DNA of 64,000 bases from an uncultured Methanosarcinales archaeon (GTDB lineage: Archaea; Nanobdellota; Nanobdellia; Woesearchaeales; JAGVZT01), in contig CAYHAM010000002.1 in the NCBI GenBank assembly GCA_964354685.1, positions 71,058 to 135,057 of the forward strand. Reading direction: 5' to 3'. Positions 56,166-64,000 of the stretch are shown one piece after another. The stretch's first letter is position 1. Each line of letters starts with the position of its first letter. Both the position numbers and the translations under genes were made by a program. A model generated the notes under the pieces. That model was not told the DNA's origin, did not search any database, and saw only the letters and a list, made by a program, of their open reading frames with translations.

Positions 56166-57926
56166 CTAACCAAACAGCTCATTTACCAACTCAATATACA
56201 TTGCCAAGCTCCATGCTTGACTCAAGCAACCCCTGCTCTCTTGCCTAAAGGCTGAGCTCACCTCTGCATGATTAGCAATAGCACCCATCCAAAGAATCTC
56301 TTTTGTTGATGCCTCTAATATTCTATCAATATACTTCTTAAAATAATCTCTGTCTAACCTAAACATACAAATAGCTGCCAAATTGTTAATCCAATACCAA
56401 GAATCACCTCTATGATAACTTATGTTATCCTCGCCAGTGTGCTTTGGCTTAAACAGAGGATTATTCCTATCAATTGTTGTTAATCCACCCCACTCAAGCC
56501 AGAGCTTTTGCAATGCATTATCAAAGCATTTCTTCCACTCATCTTCTGCAAGCAATTCAGGATAAACATAGTATGCAATAAATACATTTGGTCTTATGGT
56601 AAAATCATGCAAACCATCTGCAAGCATATCTCCATTCCAAAAACCAACCTTAACCCTCTCCTTAAGGCTTTTAGCCAAATCAATAAACTGTTCTTGGTTA
56701 GAGAATTGATAAACAAACTTGTACAAAGCAAGCTGCAAAGCCTGTATTTCTATCCTTGCACCATCTCTCCTGTCTTGGCCATTAACCATTGTGTCCATCC
56801 AAGTCTCTTTCTGGTTGTTGTAAACCAAATTATCTCTAATATAGTGTTGTAAAGTCTTATCCAAAATATATTCTAGCTTTGCCTTTAGAAATGTTAGCTC
56901 TACCTTGTCTATCTTTTTTAGATTGTAAAGTTGAGAAAGCCTGTACAAACACCAACCAGTTGTATCAGCAGATTCCAAATTTTCATGGTGTAAATTGGAA
57001 ATACGGTTTGGAAGCCTTCCATTTTGTTGAACATTATTCAGCTCTTTCAAGAGTATCTCCTTTGCCTCATCATAGCGCTTTTGTTTTATCAAAGCACCAA
57101 CTGCTATAGCCTCATCCCTTGTCCAGAACTGGAAAAACCAAGGCAAGCCTGCAAATATCCGATCATTCACAATCAAATTATCCAGGGCTATTAAAGCAGA
57201 GTTATAAGCAAGATTTATTTCGTCATCTTTTGATATCTTCTTTGTTTTGAGCTTTTTTGGTTTATATTTCTTGAATAGCTCCTCTGCTTCTGTTTCAGCC
57301 TCAACAGTGTCTTTTGAAGCTGCTATCACTATTTTTTTTGCGTCAATACTCAAAGCCTGCAAAACATACCTTGCAAAAGGAAAAGAATTACGCTCTTTAT
57401 CAGATAAATAATCTACCTTAATCCAATTATTCAATATGTTATGATTACCATCATGCCTTATAACAATAAAGAATCTAAACTCGTTCACCTCATGGCTTTG
57501 GTCTTCTCTTGAGTCTGTTTTTTTTGTGAATTCTATGATCACCTCATTACCATCAGCAGTTATCTCATAATACCTCCCCCATTCTCTTAAATCATAACTC
57601 TTCCTCACATCAAGGTTTAGACTTATTGGTCGGTTTGGTTGTAGTATTATGCAACTCTTTTTTTCTGGCAAGGTTATTTTTGTTCCATTCAACTCAACAC
57701 AATCAAAATTATTGACAACACTATCAAAACCAAATCCAAAAGAATCAATAATCTTGTACATCTCCAACTCTTTTTTATCAAAAACAAAAAACCCGTCATA
57801 CCTTGAAGGATTAGCAGAAGAAAGCATCAGATAAGAGCCATCACTATTTGTCAATAAAGCTCTAACATCTCCCTGCACCTCTTTTTTCAAGGCTTTTCTA
57901 TCAAGCCTATGCTCCACCCCAACCAT
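56166..57926 (-). CDS. Amylo-alpha-1,6-glucosidase / glycogen debranching enzyme family ((alpha/alpha)6 barrel, GDE_C)
   Basis: GLPWFFQFWTRDEAIAVGAL parallels the GYPWF..WGRDT signature; ~590 aa. Confidence 0.7.
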   Translation of the reverse strand: MVGVEHRLDRKALKKEVQGDVRALLTNSDGSYLMLSSANPSRYDGFFVFDKKELEMYKIIDSFGFGFDSVVNNFDCVELNGTKITLPEKKSCIILQPNRPISLNLDVRKSYDLREWGRYYEITADGNEVIIEFTKKTDSREDQSHEVNEFRFFIVIRHDGNHNILNNWIKVDYLSDKERNSFPFARYVLQALSIDAKKIVIAASKDTVEAETEAEELFKKYKPKKLKTKKISKDDEINLAYNSALIALDNLIVNDRIFAGLPWFFQFWTRDEAIAVGALIKQKRYDEAKEILLKELNNVQQNGRLPNRISNLHHENLESADTTGWCLYRLSQLYNLKKIDKVELTFLKAKLEYILDKTLQHYIRDNLVYNNQKETWMDTMVNGQDRRDGARIEIQALQLALYKFVYQFSNQEQFIDLAKSLKERVKVGFWNGDMLADGLHDFTIRPNVFIAYYVYPELLAEDEWKKCFDNALQKLWLEWGGLTTIDRNNPLFKPKHTGEDNISYHRGDSWYWINNLAAICMFRLDRDYFKKYIDRILEASTKEILWMGAIANHAEVSSAFRQESRGCLSQAWSLAMYIELVNELFG

Positions 57927-58081
57927 TAAAAAGAGAGTAGAAAGAGGAAATATATAAATTTATCTCAACAAATCTGGTTTATTAGTGCAAATCCCATCAA
58001 CCTCTTTTTATTCTCTCTAGAACTAAGAAGAATAAATTCCCACATCCGGTTTTTTCATTCCTCTTCCATTTTTATTCATAT

Positions 58082-59293
58082 TTATTTTTGATATGATTTA
58101 CTAGGGAGATTACTCCCTCCTAAACCAAGAGACCATAAAGGCGAAAGTGTTTGAACATGAGCCTGTGGCTCAAATTGATCTCCTAAGTTATGTTTCAGAT
58201 CTATCCTTCTTCCATTTAGGTAAGATTGGGCTCCTTCATTACCAATACAAGCTCCTAAAACTCTCCTCCTATTACCTTTAGAAACAGAGTAAGCTGACAA
58301 AGTTCTCAAATCTGGGAATCTTATACCATAGCTCCTTGCACCATTAACAAAAAGTTTTGCACCCTCAATTTCTCCATCCAAACCAACAAATGATGCGCCA
58401 TCCTTTCGTGCTATAACAGTTTCTAATTCCATGATATCATCTATAGTAGCATCTATTAGATTTGGTGTTTTACCTTTATAATAATCCTCAACTGGGTTGC
58501 CATCCAATGGTGTTGTTAATATGTCTTTTAATCTCTTATCTCCAACAACAATTAACAACTTACCATCATATTTATTTGCAAACTCCTCTGTACTCTCAAT
58601 AACCTTTGCAGCCAACCCTTCTGGAACAGGACTGTAACGTCCATAATTCAATCCATCAAAGCTGGGTATAACAGGCAACTCTGGCCTGTAGGCAAAAATA
58701 GGCAATTCTGCTCTTTCCACAAATTGTTTTTTATTAAGCTCTTCCCCTTTAACTAAGCCATCAACCGTCTCAATATCTTGTGTGGTTGTGTAAACTCTCC
58801 CATTAACATAGAATGTAAGTCTGTCCTTTTCTTTACTCAAAACCCCAATCATACCATTTGTCAAATGAGACCAGAAAGCAGTTGTGGTGCCTCTTGCATT
58901 GTTGTCTAGGATATATTGTACTCCAGGCAAACCTCTGTGAACACTTTCTATAGCAACACCTTCTTTAATTAAAATTCCATTAGGACTAAATATAAATGCA
59001 CCTTTTTTCTGGCTGATGCTATTAAGGTAATCTCCTACATTATAATCACCATTTCCTCTCAAAGCAGGTAATGATTCAAAATGACTAAAATTCCTCATTC
59101 CTTCAAGATCAGCTTCAAATCCACCCATCTCTTTTCGGTCACACAAACCACCTATTAAGCCAGCATGCTTACCATCTGTGTGATTTTTCTTCATTAGATC
59201 CAACATACTACTATATAGGAAGAAACCTATTTCAGGATCAAACCTTTTACCACCCTTTCTGATCTGATTTTGTTTTCTCATTTTAAAAACCAT
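58082..59293 (-). CDS. Hypothetical protein in the glycogen cluster (possible carbohydrate-active enzyme)
   Basis: 403-aa ORF between debranching enzyme and GalT-like gene; no recognised motifs. Confidence 0.4.
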   Translation of the reverse strand: MVFKMRKQNQIRKGGKRFDPEIGFFLYSSMLDLMKKNHTDGKHAGLIGGLCDRKEMGGFEADLEGMRNFSHFESLPALRGNGDYNVGDYLNSISQKKGAFIFSPNGILIKEGVAIESVHRGLPGVQYILDNNARGTTTAFWSHLTNGMIGVLSKEKDRLTFYVNGRVYTTTQDIETVDGLVKGEELNKKQFVERAELPIFAYRPELPVIPSFDGLNYGRYSPVPEGLAAKVIESTEEFANKYDGKLLIVVGDKRLKDILTTPLDGNPVEDYYKGKTPNLIDATIDDIMELETVIARKDGASFVGLDGEIEGAKLFVNGARSYGIRFPDLRTLSAYSVSKGNRRRVLGACIGNEGAQSYLNGRRIDLKHNLGDQFEPQAHVQTLSPLWSLGLGGSNLPSKSYQK

Positions 59294-59562
59294 ATTTTTT
59301 AAGAGAAAGGAGTTTTAGCCTCCTTTTTTCAAAAGCATAGCTAATTTTGTGTTTTATTTCTAAATTCTAATTATCTATTCTCCTTTTTCTTATAGAGAAA
59401 CTCTTTTTCTTTCTTTTCTTTGGAGGAGAGCATCTCTAATTACTAGTTAAAGAGTATTTTAATTATATAAATCTTTCTATTTTCTATAAAGAATCCATTA
59501 AATAGCCTTCTTTTGCTTAAAATAAGCCTATAATAACCTTTTTGTCAAAGAAAAAGTAGCAC

Positions 59563-59650
59563 CACGAGTTGCCTTTTATGTGATTGAACACTGGCAACTC
59601 GCTAATTATTATTTTAATAATTTTATATATGTTATAGCAACTCGCGAGTA
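59563..59650 (+). repeat. Copy 3 (short form) of the hairpin element family (cgagttgcc-N19-ggcaactcg, then gcaactcgcgag)
   Basis: Same hairpin arms as copy 2 at 23568-23611; lacks the 50-nt core. Confidence 0.5.
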
Positions 59651-59680
59651 TTAATAATTATAAAAACCAAAGAAAAGAAA

Positions 59681-60613
59681 TTATCCTTCTCTATAGAACT
59701 TAGCAGCATCCTCTGGCATTACCTGGTTAACAATAATCCCAGAGCTAAACTCAAAACCACCATATTTGGCCAATCTTGGGAGAATCTCCATATGAAAGTG
59801 CAAATCCTTGCCCTTTGGAGCATAGTGCAAAACAAAGTTGTAAGCAGCATTCAGCTTTGCAAGCTTTGTCAAAATATTTTTAAGCATCCCTGCCAAATCA
59901 GTTAGTTGTTTTTCATCCATATCATTCAAACCCTTTAAATGCTGCTTTGGTAAAATCCATATCTCAAAATTAAACCTGGATGCATAAGGGCAAAAGCTAA
60001 CAAAGCTCTGATTCTCTAAAGCCCTTCTATCTAAATACTTCTCAACATTCAAAACATCACAATACAGGCATCTCTTTTTATCATGACTATTCTCAACCTC
60101 CTCCTGAACAGTAGTTGGCACCATGCTTATTGCTGCTATTTGAGTATGAGAATGAACAAGAGAAGTAGCACCCTCTCTCCCTTGGTTTTTGAAAACAACA
60201 ACATAAACATTCCTCTTTTCAAGATCCTTTATTCTAGCAGCATAAAAACCAAGAATATCTCTTATATCATCCACAGATAAATCATGCAAACTCTTATTAT
60301 GATCAGGAGTTTCAACAACAATCTCATGTTCCCCAAAGGCACTTGAATATGTAAAAAAGCCATTGCTCTTAACCAATGGATCGCCCTCGCGAGCAACAAA
60401 AGAAAACTTGTTTGGAAAACATCTAACATACCAATTGCCATCCCTCTCAAGCCTGCCAATCTCAGGTGGTGTTCTATCTTCCATGCCAGGACAAAACTCA
60501 CAATCTTTAATCTCAGGCACATCTTCTGGTTGCTTAAACTCGTAAGGCCTTTTACCCCTTCTCCTTGATACAATAACCCACCTATTAAGAAAATAGTCCT
60601 TCCTCAGCTCCAT
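59681..60613 (-). CDS. GalT-family (HIT-superfamily) hexose-1-phosphate nucleotidyltransferase / sugar-nucleotide phosphorylase
   Basis: Zn site CEFCPG, first HxHxQ (SLVHSHTQI) and second HxHxE (DLHFHMEILP) half-site motifs. Confidence 0.7.
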   Translation of the reverse strand: MELRKDYFLNRWVIVSRRRGKRPYEFKQPEDVPEIKDCEFCPGMEDRTPPEIGRLERDGNWYVRCFPNKFSFVAREGDPLVKSNGFFTYSSAFGEHEIVVETPDHNKSLHDLSVDDIRDILGFYAARIKDLEKRNVYVVVFKNQGREGATSLVHSHTQIAAISMVPTTVQEEVENSHDKKRCLYCDVLNVEKYLDRRALENQSFVSFCPYASRFNFEIWILPKQHLKGLNDMDEKQLTDLAGMLKNILTKLAKLNAAYNFVLHYAPKGKDLHFHMEILPRLAKYGGFEFSSGIIVNQVMPEDAAKFYREG

Positions 60614-62397
60614 GTTTTCTCAACTGCTAGATTGTGTGCTCTTATATAATTTTCAATCAAAATTTTCCAATCAGCAAGTGCTGCTAACTTTTGTGCCTCA
60701 ATCTTGTTTTCAATCCTCTCTTGCTTTGTTAGTTTTGCATAATCATAAAATATCTGGGCAAGTTGATCAACAACCTCATCATCACTTTTACCCAGTCTAT
60801 CCAGCACAAATATTCCAGGGTATTGAGTAACTCCTGTCTTGCTTCTTATATATCTACCAAAACCTGCTAAGTCTGTTGTAACAGAAACAACACCTAATGC
60901 ACCTGCTTCTAGAGGTGTATAACCCCAAGGCTCATAATAGGATGGAAAAACCCCTAAATGAGAGCCCTGCATACTTTCATAAGGAGTTGTGTCCAAAAGC
61001 CTGTCAGCGCCTGTTAAATAAATTGGATAAAAAACAACCTTCACATTATCCTCTTTTTTATTTGAAAGATTATACTGTTTAAAATATTGCAATATAAGGT
61101 CCTTATCCTCATTATACAAATCATGAGTGCTTAATGGTGGATCACCTGTTTTTTTTAGAAAACTCAATATCTTCTTCTTATTCTCTTGAACAACCTCTGG
61201 CCCAAGCAAGAACTCATCAGACATCTTCTTTTGTCCAATCGAAGCATACAAAATACGCTCTCCAATTTGCTGTATGGAATCACTAACAGAATCCTTCACA
61301 TCTTCAAATAGGGTCTTGCTCTCTAGTAGTTCTGGTTTTATTCCACGAATATTCCCTGGAATCCAGAAAAATGCAATAACTGTTTTATCTGATCTCTCTT
61401 TTTTCAACCTCTCATTCAGCTTTCCAAGTGACTTTATGAATATGTCAATACCCTTGTCACGGAACTCATACCTACCAGCGATGAAATAAATTATGGCCTC
61501 GTCAATATCAAACGTGTAGTATGGAAAGAAATAGTACATCAAGAACTCTCTAATCTTTCCCCTAAATAGCCTATGCTTAATAGAAGCCTCTTCAAATGTT
61601 GGGAATTTATCAATATCAAGACCATTTGGAAGCAACACATCTGGCTTTTTTCCAAGCAACGCCTCTGCCTCTATTCCAGTAATCTCAGAAACTGTTGTGA
61701 AAACATCAGCATTTTTTGCGCATTGAGTTTCCATCTGGTGCTTTGTCTGTATCCCAAACTCATAGGCAACCTTGTCTGGATCAATCTTTCCCAAGAGAGA
61801 ATAAAGGTTACCATTGTTACCTGTAATGGTTCTACCAAGCGTTGTTGCATGTGTTGTAAAAACTGTACCAACCCGAATGTTTTTTGATTTTAAGTATAAC
61901 AACCCTGCTCCACTCAGCCACTCATGGAAGTGTGCAACCATCTTTTTGTCAGAAAGCTTTGACATCTCTTCCAAAAGCTTGCCAACACAATAAGACCAAA
62001 CAACAGGCTCATCAAAATCATGATAAACAGTGCCCAATGAATCAATCTTAAACCTCTCCCAAAACTCCTTTTTTATGAGATTGTTGTTCTTTGCATAGCC
62101 ACTAAAATCTATCAATATTGTCTGCGGCTCTCCAGAAACAAGCCACACCCCATAATGGCAGATTATACCTTGATTTTTTAGATTGTCAAAAACACTTTTT
62201 AAACCAATTGGAGGTATCATCTCCTGGAACTCTCCTGTTGCTTTATCCACAAAGTAAGGCCCAACAGCATAATAGTTTTGCTTGTAATACCCTAATGTGG
62301 GAGCTATTTTTGACCTGACAACAGTGTATATGCCCCCAACCTTGTTGCAAATCTCCCAAGAGACCTCAAACAAGAAATCTGCCTCTTTTTTTATCAT
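60604..62397 (-). CDS. Glycogen synthase, eukaryote-like GT3 type
   Basis: FEVSWEICNKVGGIYTVVRSK N-terminal signature of GT3 glycogen synthases; ~600 aa; overlaps GalT-like gene. Confidence 0.8.
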   Translation of the reverse strand: MIKKEADFLFEVSWEICNKVGGIYTVVRSKIAPTLGYYKQNYYAVGPYFVDKATGEFQEMIPPIGLKSVFDNLKNQGIICHYGVWLVSGEPQTILIDFSGYAKNNNLIKKEFWERFKIDSLGTVYHDFDEPVVWSYCVGKLLEEMSKLSDKKMVAHFHEWLSGAGLLYLKSKNIRVGTVFTTHATTLGRTITGNNGNLYSLLGKIDPDKVAYEFGIQTKHQMETQCAKNADVFTTVSEITGIEAEALLGKKPDVLLPNGLDIDKFPTFEEASIKHRLFRGKIREFLMYYFFPYYTFDIDEAIIYFIAGRYEFRDKGIDIFIKSLGKLNERLKKERSDKTVIAFFWIPGNIRGIKPELLESKTLFEDVKDSVSDSIQQIGERILYASIGQKKMSDEFLLGPEVVQENKKKILSFLKKTGDPPLSTHDLYNEDKDLILQYFKQYNLSNKKEDNVKVVFYPIYLTGADRLLDTTPYESMQGSHLGVFPSYYEPWGYTPLEAGALGVVSVTTDLAGFGRYIRSKTGVTQYPGIFVLDRLGKSDDEVVDQLAQIFYDYAKLTKQERIENKIEAQKLAALADWKILIENYIRAHNLAVEKTWS

Positions 62398-62533
62398 AAA
62401 GTTGTAGCATTTGCTTTTCTTTAAAAACTTTTTATACTACTTAAAAGTTTAGTCATAAAAATTGGTACAACAAGACCAAATCTCCATATATTTACCAAAA
62501 AATATTTAAATAAAGCCTATAAATTCTGGTTTA

Positions 62534-62884
62534 ATGCCAGATGAAGAGATAGTTGCTGAAGATGAAGAGATAGTTGCTGAAGAGACTTTGGAGCTTGGGG
62601 GCAATATTGAGCTTTCTGGTTTCCATACTCTAGATAGAGACACTATGATAGTTCTAAAGAAGATGGTAGGCAACTATGCAAAGAAGTTTTCTGAAACATG
62701 CAAGAAGTTTGAGAAGCTTAGCTTGAAAATGAAGCTTGTGCATGAAAGGGAAAGATCTGAGAAATATGAGCTGAAGGGCATGGTTGTTGATGGAGGCAAG
62801 CAGTACAACTCAGATATAACAGAAAGAAACTTGTTCTTTGGAGTTGACAAGATTTTCAAGAAAATAGAAGCAATGATAAAATAA
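62534..62884 (+). CDS. Ribosome hibernation factor-like protein (HPF/RaiA, S30EA family) with N-terminal acidic repeat
   Basis: EKYELKGMVVDGGKQYNSDITERNLFFGVDKIFKKIEAMI matches the HPF C-terminal beta-alpha pattern; N-terminus EEIVAEDEEIVAEE is encoded by a 21-nt direct repeat. Confidence 0.5.
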   Translation: MPDEEIVAEDEEIVAEETLELGGNIELSGFHTLDRDTMIVLKKMVGNYAKKFSETCKKFEKLSLKMKLVHERERSEKYELKGMVVDGGKQYNSDITERNLFFGVDKIFKKIEAMIK

Positions 62885-62937
62885 GCAAAGATTTTTATAT
62901 ATAAATAAAACAGAACTAGTTAAAAGAGGTGGTTGAT

Positions 62938-64000
<1,063 letters not shown>

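Overview
Low-GC (roughly one-third GC by eye) archaeal chromosome segment, DPANN-like in character. Archaeal markers are aEF-1alpha followed by uS10, the KEOPS kinase Bud32, RIO kinase, type-2 MetAP, a PhoU/AbrB regulator, archaeal AMP phosphorylase, a tRNA-His with genomically encoded G-1, class-III (type IV pilin) signal peptides and an archaeosortase. Housekeeping genes (CysRS, CysK, HisRS, Prs, RsmI, SppA, GAPDH, Tyw3) are interspersed with accessory loci. (1) The most unusual locus (3.4-12.4 kb): a glycosyltransferase, an archaeosortase/exosortase-family membrane protein and a CPBP (CAAX) intramembrane protease, translationally coupled. They sit next to two tandem paralogous modules, each a ~305-aa N-anchored membrane protein convergent with a tiny (75/80 aa) secreted Cys-rich protein ending in VPEFS + TM + KK(K/R)LR, a PEF-CTERM-like sorting signal. 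(2) A type-IV-pilin-like locus (prepilin peptidase, two class-III-signal-peptide proteins, an 871-aa Cys-rich secreted protein). (3) A HEPN/nucleotidyltransferase cassette inserted between two diverged copies of the 5' end of a GT2 gene. (4) A higher-GC islet between tRNA-His and HisRS (small peptide ORF, Trm112-like/methyltransferase fusion, radical SAM/SPASM enzyme). (5) A higher-GC block of five unrecognised minus-strand genes. (6) A glycogen metabolism cluster. (7) Several conserved structured non-coding elements: a three-copy repeat family, a double-hairpin sRNA candidate, a 103-nt tRNA-like closed structure, and an 800-bp gene-free region made of tandem hairpin modules. All calls are by eye from sequence and motifs; no searches were run.
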